Positions 28,832 to 43,011 of a DNA stretch of 64,000 nucleotides are shown in pieces (position 1 is the first letter of the stretch; every line of letters begins with the position of its first letter). A model generated the notes under the pieces. That model saw only the letters and a program-made list of their open reading frames with translations, ran no database searches and had not been told where the DNA came from. The DNA lies in assembly GCA_965219675.1 (NCBI GenBank), contig OZ244786.1, positions 3,420,494 to 3,484,493 of the forward strand, written 5' to 3'. The DNA is from Candidatus Multivorans sp. GTDB lineage: Bacteria; Acidobacteriota; Thermoanaerobaculia; Multivoradales; Multivoraceae. Position numbers and translations under genes: made by a program.

Positions 28832-29343
28832 GCAGGCGAGGCGCTGCGCCGGAAGCACCGGACCGAGCTACCGCAAGACCACAGGAAACTCCTCCCGTCG
28901 ACATCGCCGTGCGCCGGCTACCCCATTCTGCCGGCCTGCCCGAACGCGCCTCGGCCGGCAGCGCCGGCTACGACCTGCGCGCGGCCACGGACGCCGCGGT
29001 CCGGATCGAACCCGGCGCTCGCGCCCTGATTCCGACGGGCCTCATCCTCGGCCTGCCGCCCGGCTACGAGGCCCAGATCCGACCGCGTAGCGGACTCGCC
29101 TATCGGCGGGGCATGACCGTGCTCAACGCTCCCGGCACGATCGACAGCGACTACCGGGGCGAAGTCAAGCTGCTGCTCGTCAACCTGGGCCAGCGCCCGA
29201 TCACGATCGAGCGTGGCGAGCGGCTGGCCCAGATGGTGGTCGCCGCCGTTCCCGAGATCGCGTTTCGCGACGACGACACGCTAGGTGAACGTCCCGTCGC
29301 CGGACGACGCAACGACGGCGGCTTCGGTTCCACGGGCACCTAG
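28828..29343 (+). CDS. dut: dUTP diphosphatase
   Basis: GSAGYDL, QIRPRSGLA, GTIDSDYRGE, RLAQMV, RNDGGFGSTG; probable TTG start overlapping the previous stop. Confidence 0.93.
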   Translation: MSRRGAAPEAPDRATARPQETPPVDIAVRRLPHSAGLPERASAGSAGYDLRAATDAAVRIEPGARALIPTGLILGLPPGYEAQIRPRSGLAYRRGMTVLNAPGTIDSDYRGEVKLLLVNLGQRPITIERGERLAQMVVAAVPEIAFRDDDTLGERPVAGRRNDGGFGSTGT

Positions 29344-29392
29344 CGTCAGTGGCCGGACGGCGTCTGGCTCAGCAGGACAGGGTCCGCCGCCG

Positions 29393-29983
29393 CTAGTTCG
29401 AAGCGCCGTCCCCGGAGGTCCAGCTCGGCAGTGCCCCGGGATCGATCCCCAGGGATGCGAGCGCGGCCGACCAGGCGCCCTTCGGATCGCGCGAGAACAC
29501 GATCGACTCCTCCACCGGCGCCGTCAACCAGTCGCTGCGAGTCAGTTCCTGCATCAACTGGCCCGGCGCCCAACCGGCGTGACCGAGCAGGAGCCGCATG
29601 TGGTCCGGAGCGCGGCGAGCCAGCGTCCGCAGCGCCAGGATGTTCTGCGTTGCGCCGACGCCCGGCGCGATCTGCGTGATCCCGTCCGCCTCTATTCCGG
29701 TCAGGCCGTCCAGGGACAGCAGGACGGTACCCACCTCCGGCTGCACCGGACCACCGACGAAGGCCGGCGCGTCCGAGCCGCCCAGCCACTCGATATCGAG
29801 TTCCCGCAACACCTCGTCCACCTTGAGCTGGCTCGGACGATTCACGACGAAGCCGAGACTTCCCCCCTCGCCGCCCTCCTCGTGCGCCGCCAGCAGCACG
29901 ACGGCCTGGGAGAAGAACGGGTCGAGGACCTGGGGCATGGCGATGAGCAGACTCGGCGTCTCGAGGTCATCCAGCCCGGACAT
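29393..29983 (-). CDS. YqgE/AlgH family protein (DUF179)
   Basis: LLIAMP..DPFF, GFVVNRP, GGPV, GHAGWAPGQL..EL...W. Confidence 0.9.
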   Translation of the reverse strand: MSGLDDLETPSLLIAMPQVLDPFFSQAVVLLAAHEEGGEGGSLGFVVNRPSQLKVDEVLRELDIEWLGGSDAPAFVGGPVQPEVGTVLLSLDGLTGIEADGITQIAPGVGATQNILALRTLARRAPDHMRLLLGHAGWAPGQLMQELTRSDWLTAPVEESIVFSRDPKGAWSAALASLGIDPGALPSWTSGDGASN

Positions 29984-30127
29984 GGCGCGACTCTACACGC
30001 CGGCGGGGGGCCGATGGCGAACTCCGCGCGGGACGGCAGGCGCCGGCGCCGGCCTCGCTTTGGGTAGTCTCAACCGCACTCGAAAACGCCCCCGGCAGCC
30101 TGCAGCCGGAGACACGGAAACACGGAC

Positions 30128-32846
<2,719 letters not shown>

Positions 32847-32863
<17 letters not shown>

Positions 32864-33548
32864 TCGACCCCGCGAGGTCGACCCGGTCGCCGCACTGCCC
32901 GAGAACGAGCGGCTCAAGGTCAACGAGATCTTCTACTCGATTCAGGGCGAATCGACCTTCGCGGGCCGCCCGTGCGTCCTGGTGCGGCTGACCGGCTGCC
33001 AGATGCGTTGCAGCTGGTGCGACACGGAGTACAGCTTCTACGAAGGCGCCTGGATGCGCATAGACGACGTGATCACCGAGGTGCTGGCGTTCGACTGCCC
33101 GCTGGCGGAAGTCACGGGTGGCGAACCCCTGTTGCAGCCCGGAGTTCATCCTCTGATGAGCGGGCTTTGCGACCGCGGACTGACCGTCCTGCTGGAGACC
33201 GGCGGCGGACTGGACATCTCGGGAGTCGATTCACGGGTGAGGCGGATCGTCGACCTGAAGTGTCCGGCCAGCGGCGAGGCCGCGAACAACCACTGGCCGA
33301 ACCTGAACGAGTTGCGTTCGACCGACGAGGTGAAGTTCGTCCTCGCCGACCGTGGCGACTACGAGTGGGCGCGCCGTGCAATCCGCAAGTACCACATCGA
33401 CCGCCGCTGCACGATCCACCTGTCGCCGGTCTGGGACGCCCTGGAAGCGGCCGAACTTGCCTCCTGGGTACTCGAAGACAGGCTTCCGGCTCGGGTTTCG
33501 GTGCAACTTCACAAGGCGCTCTGGGGTGCCGAAACACGGGGCGTCTGA
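32847..33548 (+). CDS. queE: 7-carboxy-7-deazaguanine synthase (radical SAM)
   Basis: NEIFYSIQGES, RLTGCQMRCSWCDT (CX3CX2C), TGGEPLLQ, QLHK; start uncertain. Confidence 0.85.
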
Positions 33549-33588
33549 ATCGGACCCGCGAGCGACCCACCACCGCCTGCGGGGCTGC

Positions 33589-33653
33589 TACACTCCGCGC
33601 CGAATACGCCAACCGAGCCGAATACCCCAGAACCGGGCCGAATACTCCAACCG
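33589..33653 (+). promoter_or_regulatory. Extended -10 (TGcTACACT) followed by three direct repeats GCCGAATACNCC(AG)AACCG upstream of gltA
   Basis: TACACT at 33589-33594; repeat copies start at 33599, 33617 and 33637. Confidence 0.6.
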
Positions 33654-33697
33654 GAATGGGCCAGTACCGGGCAAACATACGAGGTGAGACAGCAGAT

Positions 33698-34963
<1,266 letters not shown>

Positions 34964-34971
34964 CCATAGAG

Positions 34972-35493
34972 CTACCCGCGCAGCTCCGGACGGACCGGCT
35001 TCGCCGGTACCTGGCCGCGGCGGTAGACGAGGATCGTCCGGTCGAAGGTGATCACGGCCCGGCCGTCCTGGTTGTAGCCGACCGTGCGGAAGCCCACGAT
35101 GCCCTGGTGCGGGCGCGACTTCGACTCGCGGACCGAGAGCACCTCGCTCTGGGCGTACAGGGTGTCGCCTTCGAACACCGGGTGCGGCAGGCGGACCCGG
35201 TCCCAGCCCAGGTTCACCGCGTTCTGGGACAGATCCGCGACGGTCAGCGCGGTGACCAGGGACAGCGTGAAACAGGAGTTGACCAGAGGCCTGCCCCACT
35301 CCGTCTGACCCGCGTACTCGCGGTCGAAGTGGATCGGGTTCGGGTTCAGCGTGATCATCGTCAACCAGACGTTGTCGCCCTCGGTGACCGTGCGGCCCAG
35401 GGCGTGACGGAAGATCTGGCCGACCTCGAAGTCCTCGAAGACCCTGCCCGCGCCGTCCGCGGGTGGACCGTCGTGCACAGCTGCGTCGTTCAT
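34972..35493 (-). CDS. MaoC family dehydratase (hot-dog fold)
   Basis: FEDFEVGQ, RTVTEGDN, NPIHFD, NLGWD, PVFEGDTL, SKSRP. Confidence 0.85.
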   Translation of the reverse strand: MNDAAVHDGPPADGAGRVFEDFEVGQIFRHALGRTVTEGDNVWLTMITLNPNPIHFDREYAGQTEWGRPLVNSCFTLSLVTALTVADLSQNAVNLGWDRVRLPHPVFEGDTLYAQSEVLSVRESKSRPHQGIVGFRTVGYNQDGRAVITFDRTILVYRRGQVPAKPVRPELRG

Positions 35494-36611
35494 GCTCTCA
35501 GGATGGCTCCATTCTGTTCGAGTCCGTCGATCTCGTCGGCGCTGTAACCGAGACCCTGAAGGACCTCTCCGGTGTGTTCGCCCATCCGCGGCTCGCGCCG
35601 GCGGAGGTCGCCGGGGGTCCGCTCAAGGCGCGGTGCGGGCGCTATGTGAATCTCTCCGTCCGGGCCGATCGGGAAGGTCCCCCGCTGCACGTTGTGCTCA
35701 TGTCGCGGCGCCTCATCCAGGTCGAGCACCGGCGACACACACGCGTCGAGTTCGCTGAAGACACTGGCCCACTCGTCCCGGGTCCGGGTCAGGAAAGCGC
35801 GCCGGAAGGCATCGATGTGTGCCGGCCAGCGGTCGGTGGCCATCTGCTCGTCCACGACGTCGACACCCGTTCCCTCGCATAACGCCGCGAAGAACTGCGG
35901 CTCGATAGCGCCGACCGACACATAGCCGCCGCATTTGCACTCGTAGCAGCGGTAGAAGGCAGCGCCGCCCCCCAGGAGCCCCTTGCCCGGCGTCGAGCGG
36001 GCGCCCTTCTGCGCGAAGTGCACGGCCATCAGGGAAGCCGCTCCGTCGATCATCGCCGCGTCGATGTACTGGCCCCGGCCGGAGCGTTCACGCTCGAACA
36101 GGGCGCAGAGGATGCCGAAAGCCGCCATCAGACCGCCGCCACCGAAGTCGGCGACGAGGTTGAGAGGCGGCAGGGGGGGTTCCCGGCCGTTCCCGATCTG
36201 CGACAGAACGCCGGCGAGCGCGATGTAGTTCACGTCGTGCCCGGCGGCACTGGCCATCGGCCCGGTCTGGCCGTAGCCGGTGAGAGAGCAGTACACGAGA
36301 CGCCGATTGATCGCGGAGAGACTCGGATAGTCGCACCCCAGTCGGGCGCAGACACCGGGCCGGTTGCCCTCGAGGAAGACGTCCGCCTCCGCGGCCAGTT
36401 CGTGCAGGATGCGCTGCCCGCTCCCGGTCTTCAGGTTGAGCGCGATGCTGCGCTTGTTTCGCGACAGCATGTCCCCGGACCTCACGGGTCCGCCGACCGC
36501 GTTGTCGACCCGCAGCACGTCCGCGCCCATGTCGGCGAGCAGCATCGAGCAGTACGGCCCGGGCGCAAGCCGGGACAGGTCGAGAACCCGCAGTCCATCC
36601 AGGGCGCCCAC
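35490..36611 (-). CDS. CaiB/BaiF family CoA-transferase / alpha-methylacyl-CoA racemase-like
   Basis: LSRLAPGP, LADMGADV, RNKRSIALNLK, GYGQTGP, GHDVNY, ADFGGGG, GAIEPQF. Confidence 0.9.
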   Translation of the reverse strand: MGALDGLRVLDLSRLAPGPYCSMLLADMGADVLRVDNAVGGPVRSGDMLSRNKRSIALNLKTGSGQRILHELAAEADVFLEGNRPGVCARLGCDYPSLSAINRRLVYCSLTGYGQTGPMASAAGHDVNYIALAGVLSQIGNGREPPLPPLNLVADFGGGGLMAAFGILCALFERERSGRGQYIDAAMIDGAASLMAVHFAQKGARSTPGKGLLGGGAAFYRCYECKCGGYVSVGAIEPQFFAALCEGTGVDVVDEQMATDRWPAHIDAFRRAFLTRTRDEWASVFSELDACVSPVLDLDEAPRHEHNVQRGTFPIGPDGEIHIAPAPRLERTPGDLRRREPRMGEHTGEVLQGLGYSADEIDGLEQNGAILRA

Positions 36612-36684
36612 CGCGCGAGCCTAGGAGCTTGCGCCGCAGAACGCAACGGCCCGCAACGGAAGCGAGCGTTGATACCCTGACCGG

Positions 36685-37974
36685 ATGGAAGCGCCGGCCG
36701 CGGCCACGATACTGCCGCGTTCCGAGCACCCGATCGCCTGGCGGCAGATCTCTCCCGGCGCCCAGAAAGTGCTCCGGAGGCTGCGTCAGGCCGGCCGGAA
36801 CGCGGGTCTGGTAGGCGGCAGCGTGCGCGATCTGATGCTGCAACGCGCGCCGAAGGACTACGACGTCGTCACCGACGCGCGCCCTGAGGATGTGCGGAGG
36901 CTGTTTCGGAACTCACGGATCATCGGCCGGCGCTTTCGGCTTGCTCATGTCGTGTTCGGCAATGAAGTGGTCGAAGTGTCCACGTTCCGCGGCGCGCCCG
37001 ACCCGGACCATCAGCGCCGTTCACCCGGCGAACTCCTGGTTACGAGCGACAACACGTACGGCACCCCCCGGCAGGACGCCTTCCGCCGCGACTTCACGGT
37101 GAATGCCCTCTTCTATCGGGCCTCCGACCGCGCCGTCGTCGACTACACAGGCGGCCTCGAAGACCTCGACCGCGGTTGCATTCGCGTGATCGGCGACCCG
37201 AACCTGCGCTTCCGCGAGGATCCGGTCCGCATGCTGCGGGCCTGCGAGTTCGCGGCGCGCCTGGACTTCGAAGTCGAGGACGAGACCCTCGCCGCCGCCT
37301 TCGAGCACCGCCGCGAGATCACCAAGGCCTCGCCGCACCGCCTGATCGAGGAACTGATCCAGCTTCTGTCGAGCGGCCGGAGCGCCGCCGCCTTCGACTG
37401 GATGCGCCGCTCGGGGCTGCTCCCGGTCGCTCTGCCCGAGGTCGACGAAGTGCAGGAGGAAGGAGCCGGGACAGCCGGCTTTTCCCGACTCGCCGTGCGA
37501 CTCGACGAACGTGTCAACGCCGGGCCGGAAGTACCACTCGCCGTCCTGCTGTCCACACTGCTCCTGCCACGGATCGTCGTCGGCAGGGAGCGCCTGGAAG
37601 CCGCCGGGGCGGGAGTTCCGCGGCGGCGGCTGCAACGACTCGTGGAGGATGTCGTGGCCGACTTCAGTACGCGCTACGCGCTCTCCGCCGTACGGCGCGG
37701 CCGGGTCGTACGGACGCTCGAGACCTTCCAGCGACTGTGCGAGCCGGACCATCGGCCCAGGACCATTCAGCACCTGGTCCGACGGGAGGCATTCGGTCCC
37801 GCGCTCGAACTCTTCGCCCTGCTCTCCGCCGCCGCCGGCAGCGGCGGCGAAGCGCTCGAACTCTGGCGACGGGCCGCCGGTTCGGCGCCGCCCCGGAGTG
37901 CGACCGACGACGCGAAACGAGTCGCGCGGCGAAGGCGAAGGGGGCGGCGCAGACGGCGGCGACGCCACCTGTAG
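36685..37974 (+). CDS. pcnB: Poly(A) polymerase
   Basis: GGSVRD, KDYDVVT, PAP signature IIGRRFRLAHV, RRDFTVNAL, EDPVRMLRA, Arg-rich tail. Confidence 0.87.
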   Translation: MEAPAAATILPRSEHPIAWRQISPGAQKVLRRLRQAGRNAGLVGGSVRDLMLQRAPKDYDVVTDARPEDVRRLFRNSRIIGRRFRLAHVVFGNEVVEVSTFRGAPDPDHQRRSPGELLVTSDNTYGTPRQDAFRRDFTVNALFYRASDRAVVDYTGGLEDLDRGCIRVIGDPNLRFREDPVRMLRACEFAARLDFEVEDETLAAAFEHRREITKASPHRLIEELIQLLSSGRSAAAFDWMRRSGLLPVALPEVDEVQEEGAGTAGFSRLAVRLDERVNAGPEVPLAVLLSTLLLPRIVVGRERLEAAGAGVPRRRLQRLVEDVVADFSTRYALSAVRRGRVVRTLETFQRLCEPDHRPRTIQHLVRREAFGPALELFALLSAAAGSGGEALELWRRAAGSAPPRSATDDAKRVARRRRRGRRRRRRRHL

Positions 37975-37986
37975 CGCCAGAGCCCG

Positions 37987-39513
37987 TCAACCGGTCCAGC
38001 GGAACCAGCGCCCGAGCAGACCCTGGACGGTCGGATTCAGCTTCGTCCGGCGCCACTTGTTCGCGGCCTTCTTGAGCACCTCCGCCCGGGTCGGGTAGGG
38101 CAGGATCGTCGAGGTGAACTTCGAAAGACCGAGCCGATGAGTCACGGCCAGGGTGAGCGGCGCGATCAGATCGCCGGCGCCCGCCGCCACCACCGTGGCG
38201 CCCAGCACCCGATCGCTGCCGCCCTGGAGCAGCACCCGAAGAAACCCCTCCTCCTCGCCGTCGAGGAGGGCGCGATGGTTTTCTTCCAGGCCGACGTCGA
38301 CCACGTCGACGGCGATCCCCTGCGCCTCGGCTTCCAGCCGATCCAGCCCCACGTGCGCCACCTCAGGCGAGGTGTACGTACATCGCGGAACGACGAGCCG
38401 GTCGGCTCGCGCGCTGGGAAAGAACAGGGCATTCTGGACCACGACGCCCGCGTGGGCGTCGGCGAGATGGGTGAACTTGGGCGCCGGCGTGATGTCGCCG
38501 GCCGCGTAGACGCGGGGATTCGTCGTGCGCAGCTTCGCGTCGACCACAACACCGGTCCCATCGCACCGGACGCCGATCTCGTCGAGCCCCATACCCTCGA
38601 CGTTCGGGGTTCGGCCCGCGGCGACCAGAAGCTCATCGCAACGCGTTTCGCGGCGTTCGCCATCGCTATCGACCCACGTCAGGTGGAGGCCGGTGCCTTG
38701 AGACGCGACTTCCTCGATCCGAGCGCCGAGCGCGAACTCGACCCCGTCCCGCCGGAGGGCCTTCTCAACCAGAGACGCAGCGTCCGGATCCTCGCGCGGA
38801 AGAATGCCGGGCAGAACGTCGAAGGTCGTAACGCGGCTCCCCAACCGGGCGAAGGCCTGGGACAGCTCACAGCCGATCGGGCCGGCGCCGATGACCGCCA
38901 GCCGCTCGGGGCGCTCGGTGAGCGAGAACACGGTCTCGTTCGTCAGGTAGTCGCAGCGGTCGAGACCGGGAATCGGCGGTGCCTGGGGGCGCGCCCCCGT
39001 GGCGATGACGGCACGACGAAAGCGCAGCTCCCGGTCACCCGCCTGACCGGTCACGCCAATCGCGCGGTCGGACAGGAACCGGCCCTCGCCCAGGTACACA
39101 TCGACTCCGGCATCGCGAAAGCGCTCCGCGGCGTCATCCGCGCTGATCGCCGCCCGGATCCGGCGCATTCGCTCCATCGCGGCGCCGAAGTCGCCGGCGC
39201 GATCGGCACCCGGCGCTCCGTAGTCGCGATCGGGCCGCCCGGCGGTCCACCGCCGCGCCGCGGCGATCATTCCCTTCGACGGTACACAGCCGAAGTTCAG
39301 GCAGTCGCCGCCCATCAGCCGGCGCTCGATCAGCGCCACCCGGGCGCCCAGACCCGCGGCCACGATCGCGGTCACGAGGCCGGCAGTGCCCGCCCCGATC
39401 ACGACCAGATGGTACCGACCTTCGGGCTGCGGGTTGGTCCAGTCGTCAGGAGCCACCTGTGCCACGAGGTCCCGATCGTGCGGACTATCGCGGAGCAGTT
39501 CCGGCCTCGTCAT
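37987..39513 (-). CDS. FAD-dependent pyridine nucleotide-disulfide oxidoreductase (mercuric reductase-like, no C-terminal Cys pair)
   Basis: GAGTAG, GGDCLNFGCVPSK, GAGPIGCE, YAAGD, FTH, PYPTRAE; ATG at 39513. Confidence 0.85.
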   Translation of the reverse strand: MTRPELLRDSPHDRDLVAQVAPDDWTNPQPEGRYHLVVIGAGTAGLVTAIVAAGLGARVALIERRLMGGDCLNFGCVPSKGMIAAARRWTAGRPDRDYGAPGADRAGDFGAAMERMRRIRAAISADDAAERFRDAGVDVYLGEGRFLSDRAIGVTGQAGDRELRFRRAVIATGARPQAPPIPGLDRCDYLTNETVFSLTERPERLAVIGAGPIGCELSQAFARLGSRVTTFDVLPGILPREDPDAASLVEKALRRDGVEFALGARIEEVASQGTGLHLTWVDSDGERRETRCDELLVAAGRTPNVEGMGLDEIGVRCDGTGVVVDAKLRTTNPRVYAAGDITPAPKFTHLADAHAGVVVQNALFFPSARADRLVVPRCTYTSPEVAHVGLDRLEAEAQGIAVDVVDVGLEENHRALLDGEEEGFLRVLLQGGSDRVLGATVVAAGAGDLIAPLTLAVTHRLGLSKFTSTILPYPTRAEVLKKAANKWRRTKLNPTVQGLLGRWFRWTG

Positions 39514-40205
39514 TCGCCTACCTCCTCCCTGAGCGCCCGACGCGCGATGCGGGTGACGACCACGATCACCGCGATCGTGGCGACCAGCCCGATGCCCGTG
39601 CCGAGATAGGTTCCCCAACCCTGCTCCACCTCGACGCCGGCAGCGACTTCGGCCACATCGCCGAGCACCTTGCCGTAGTACACGTAGAGCAGGGTCGCGG
39701 GGAGCATGCCGACAAAGGCGCTCACGTAGTGGCTCAGCTTCACTCTCGTCAGCCCGAGGGCATAGTTCAGCAACACGAAGGGGACAACCGGCGTGAGTCG
39801 CAGCAGCACGACGATCTTGAACCCCTCGCGCCCCACCGCGCGGTCGATGGCGGCGAAACGCGGTTCAGCCGCGACGCGCCGTTCGATCGCGCCCCGGACC
39901 AGGTACCTCGATGCCAGGAAGGCGCCCGTGGCGCCCAGGGAAGCCCCGACGAACACCAGCGCGGTGCCCTCGCCGAGACCGAAGATCGCGCCGCCCGCGA
40001 GGGTAAGCAGGGATCCCGGAATGAACGACACGGTGGCCACGGCGTAGCCGAGCACGAAGACGACCGGTCCCCACACGCCGAGTCCGTCGACCCAGGCGCT
40101 GAACTCGGGCAGGTAGCCCGCGACGCGTTGGCCGAACAGGAGGAGCGCCGCAATCAGCGCAACGACCGCGCCTGCTCGGATGGCGAGCTTCGCCTTCGGG
40201 TTCAT
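39510..40205 (-). CDS. TVP38/TMEM64 (DedA/VTT) family membrane protein
   Basis: IPGSLLTLAGGAIFG, GATGAFL, LLRLTPVVPF, NYALGLT, GMLPATLLYVYYG. Confidence 0.9.
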   Translation of the reverse strand: MNPKAKLAIRAGAVVALIAALLLFGQRVAGYLPEFSAWVDGLGVWGPVVFVLGYAVATVSFIPGSLLTLAGGAIFGLGEGTALVFVGASLGATGAFLASRYLVRGAIERRVAAEPRFAAIDRAVGREGFKIVVLLRLTPVVPFVLLNYALGLTRVKLSHYVSAFVGMLPATLLYVYYGKVLGDVAEVAAGVEVEQGWGTYLGTGIGLVATIAVIVVVTRIARRALREEVGE

Positions 40206-41560
40206 CGGCTACCTCCTCCGCACTGGTGTTCCTTGCCGGCGAGATCGAACACGCTCTTGACCGGCGTGTACACCTCGGCCGGCAGCTCCACGAACCGCGT
40301 CTCCCAGCCCGCCATCGCCCCGTTCCACAAACCGGGGCGTTCCAGCGCGATGAGTTCCCGGCCGCCATGGCTCTTGCGGACGATGAAGCTGGCGTCGTGG
40401 TCGACGTAGTCCTCCAGCCGGTACGGCACGCCGTCCGGCGCCAGCACCGCGCAGACCAGGAACACGGGGTTGAAGTGGGTGGACCGGGCCAGAATCTCCG
40501 CCTGCCGGGAGTCCTCGAGGTCGATCTGGGAGGTCTCCACGATCTGAAGCCCTTCGTCTGAGACGCCCGACGTCTCGTGAACCCAGAAGGGACCGCCGCC
40601 GGCCGAGCCGGTCGTGGGAACGACCCCGCAGACCCTTGCCGGCCTCCCCGCACCTCTCGCCAGTTCGCGCGCCATTCCGGCGAGGATCCGCATCGCGCCT
40701 ACCGCCGCGCCCTGAGCCTGTTCGGGTTGCACGTTGTCGATGTTCTTCACGGCGACGAGTTCGAGGCCTCGATCGGCCAGAGCCTGGAGATTGCGCAGCA
40801 GCGCGCCGTGTCCACCCGGCCGCACGAGGAGCGGCGCTGCCGGGTCGTCCGCAATCCGGAACGGCCTTCCGCCGGCGTCGATCGCAATGCTGTCCGTAGC
40901 CGGGGACTGGTGGGAGAGCGTGACGTCGAAGCGGCAGCCCAGCCGTCGTTCGAGCGCCGGCAGGCGGTCAGCCAGCAGCGCCTCGAATGCGGGCCGGTGG
41001 CGGACGGCGACGGAAAACTGGATCGCCGCCGGGCCACGGCCTCCCGCGACTGCGGCCGCCTCGATCAGGTGCTCCTCCAGCGCCGTGCGCTGCTCGCCAT
41101 CCGGGTACCTGTGGAAGGGGATCAGGGCCTTCGGTGCGTCGCCGTAGCGGTCGAGGAGTTCCACCTGGTCGCAGTCGAAGGGAAGGCAGGTCCGGGCCTT
41201 CTCGAAGCGGACCAGGACCGGATGGCTGGACGGGTAGCCGGCGACCTGAGCCGTTCGAAGCTCCGCAAACAGCCGCGAGGCCGCGCCGGACGCCGGCACG
41301 AACCGGATCAGGCGGCCCGCACGGGACACGGATCGCCCCTCGGCGGCGAAGCCGTCGGCCTCAACACCTCGAGGCAGAGGCAGGATGCCGTCGCCCACCC
41401 TGGCCGGGCGCGCGAGCTTCGCCTTCGGCGGTGGATCGCGAAGGAGTGCGAGCTGCCGCCGCGCTTCCTCGAGGCCAATGCCGTGCGCCTCGAGCTGATC
41501 GCGGTCAACGGAGCGCAGGCCGTCCCGATCCGTCAAGGGCTCAGCTCGCAACGAATCCAC
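40202..41560 (-). CDS. DUF4301 family protein
   Basis: FVPASGAASRLF, PKALIPFH, EEHL.EA, RPGGHGALL.NL, KNIDNV, GGGPFW, THFNPV, ERPGLWNGAM, FVELP...PVK. Confidence 0.82.
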   Translation of the reverse strand: MDSLRAEPLTDRDGLRSVDRDQLEAHGIGLEEARRQLALLRDPPPKAKLARPARVGDGILPLPRGVEADGFAAEGRSVSRAGRLIRFVPASGAASRLFAELRTAQVAGYPSSHPVLVRFEKARTCLPFDCDQVELLDRYGDAPKALIPFHRYPDGEQRTALEEHLIEAAAVAGGRGPAAIQFSVAVRHRPAFEALLADRLPALERRLGCRFDVTLSHQSPATDSIAIDAGGRPFRIADDPAAPLLVRPGGHGALLRNLQALADRGLELVAVKNIDNVQPEQAQGAAVGAMRILAGMARELARGAGRPARVCGVVPTTGSAGGGPFWVHETSGVSDEGLQIVETSQIDLEDSRQAEILARSTHFNPVFLVCAVLAPDGVPYRLEDYVDHDASFIVRKSHGGRELIALERPGLWNGAMAGWETRFVELPAEVYTPVKSVFDLAGKEHQCGGGSR

Positions 41561-42127
41561 TCAGAATGAGAACGTCGGCAACTGCTCAAAACATCCCGCT
41601 ATGGTCGGCGCCGCCTGATCGCGGACCGAGAGCAGCGGCTCGTCGACCGGCCAGTCGATGCCGATCTGGGGATCGTCCCAGGCAATCGTGAGTTCGTCAC
41701 CCCGGTCGTAGTAGTCGTCGCACTTGTACTGCACATCGGCCGTCTCACTGATCACGCAGAAGCCGTGAGCGAAACCGCGCGGGATGTAGAGCTGGCGAAA
41801 GTTGTCCTCCGACAGCACGCAGCCGGTCCAGCCCAGAAACGACGGCGAGCCGCGCCGGACGTCCACGGCGACGTCGAAGACCTCGCCCCGCGTGACGCGA
41901 ACCAGTTTCGTCTGCTGCCGGCGGCATTGGAGGTGGAGCCCGCGCAGGGTGGCGCGGCCGGACCGCGAGTGGTTGTCCTGAACCCACGGCCTCTCCACGC
42001 CGCGCTCCGCGAACGTGGAGGCGTTGTGGCTCTCCAGGAAGAAGCCCCGGCCATCGCGGTGAACCGCGGGTTCCACGACGAGCACGCCCAGCAGCCCGGT
42101 CGCCTGGACCCTGGGTGGCGCGCTCAC
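41561..42127 (-). CDS. rfbC: dTDP-4-dehydrorhamnose 3,5-epimerase
   Basis: [36 protein letters not shown]; GTG at 42127. Confidence 0.93.
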   Translation of the reverse strand: MSAPPRVQATGLLGVLVVEPAVHRDGRGFFLESHNASTFAERGVERPWVQDNHSRSGRATLRGLHLQCRRQQTKLVRVTRGEVFDVAVDVRRGSPSFLGWTGCVLSEDNFRQLYIPRGFAHGFCVISETADVQYKCDDYYDRGDELTIAWDDPQIGIDWPVDEPLLSVRDQAAPTIAGCFEQLPTFSF

Positions 42128-43011
42128 CGGCCCTCCTCCAGGACGAGGCTCAGGTAGCGGCCATAGGCGTCGTTCGTCACTTCCGCCAGACGGGCCAACT
42201 TCTCCGCGTCGATGTAGCCCATCCGATACGCCACCTCTTCCAGGCAGGCCACCTTCAGCCCCTGCCTCTCCTCGATCGCCTGAATGAAGTTGCTCGCCTG
42301 AAGCAGCGCCTCGTGCGTCCCCGTGTCGAGCCACGCGACGCCACGGCCGAGGAGTTCGACACGCAGCGTGCCTTCCTTCAGGTAGAGGCGGTTCAGGTCG
42401 GTGATCTCCAGCTCGCCGCGCGCCGAGGGTTCGAGCGTGCGGGCCAGTTCGACGACCCGCTCGTCGTAGAAGTACAGGCCCGGTACCGCGTAGGTGGACT
42501 TGGGCGCAGCGGGTTTCTCCACGAGGTCGATCACGCGGCGATCGTCGTCGAACTCGACCACGCCGTACCGCTCGGGATCCCGGACCCGGTACCCGAAGAT
42601 CACGGCGCCCGGCGAGGACAGGTTGCGCTCCGCGGCCCGTTGAAGCACCTGAGCCAGACCGTGGCCGTGAAAGATGTTGTCGCCGAGCGCCAGCGCCGCC
42701 CGGGCTCCGCGCAGGTGCTCTGCGCCGATCAGGAACGCCTGCGCGATGCCCTCCGGCGCAGCCTGCACGGAGTACGAGAGTTCGAGGCCGAGGTCGCTGC
42801 CGTCGCCCAGCAGACGCTGGAACGCGGGCTGGTCGTGCGGCGTCGTGATGACCAGGATCTCCCGCACGCCCGCGACCATCAGACTGGACAGCGGGTAGTG
42901 GACCATCGGCTGGTCGTACACTGGCAGCAACTGCTTGCTGACAGCGCGAGTCACCGGATCGAGCCGGGTGCCGGCGCCGCCCGCCAGCAGGATTCCCTTC
43001 AGAGGACTCAT
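42124..43011 (-). CDS. rfbA: Glucose-1-phosphate thymidylyltransferase
   Basis: [50 protein letters not shown]. Confidence 0.95.
   Translation of the reverse strand: MSPLKGILLAGGAGTRLDPVTRAVSKQLLPVYDQPMVHYPLSSLMVAGVREILVITTPHDQPAFQRLLGDGSDLGLELSYSVQAAPEGIAQAFLIGAEHLRGARAALALGDNIFHGHGLAQVLQRAAERNLSSPGAVIFGYRVRDPERYGVVEFDDDRRVIDLVEKPAAPKSTYAVPGLYFYDERVVELARTLEPSARGELEITDLNRLYLKEGTLRVELLGRGVAWLDTGTHEALLQASNFIQAIEERQGLKVACLEEVAYRMGYIDAEKLARLAEVTNDAYGRYLSLVLEEGR

Noticed and set aside
33599-33653. Direct repeats as a mini CRISPR array
   Set aside because: Units are about 17-19 nt and nearly abutting, with no spacers and no cas genes.
37987-39513. Call as merA mercury resistance gene
   Set aside because: No NmerA domain, no C-terminal Cys-Cys and no merR/T/P nearby.
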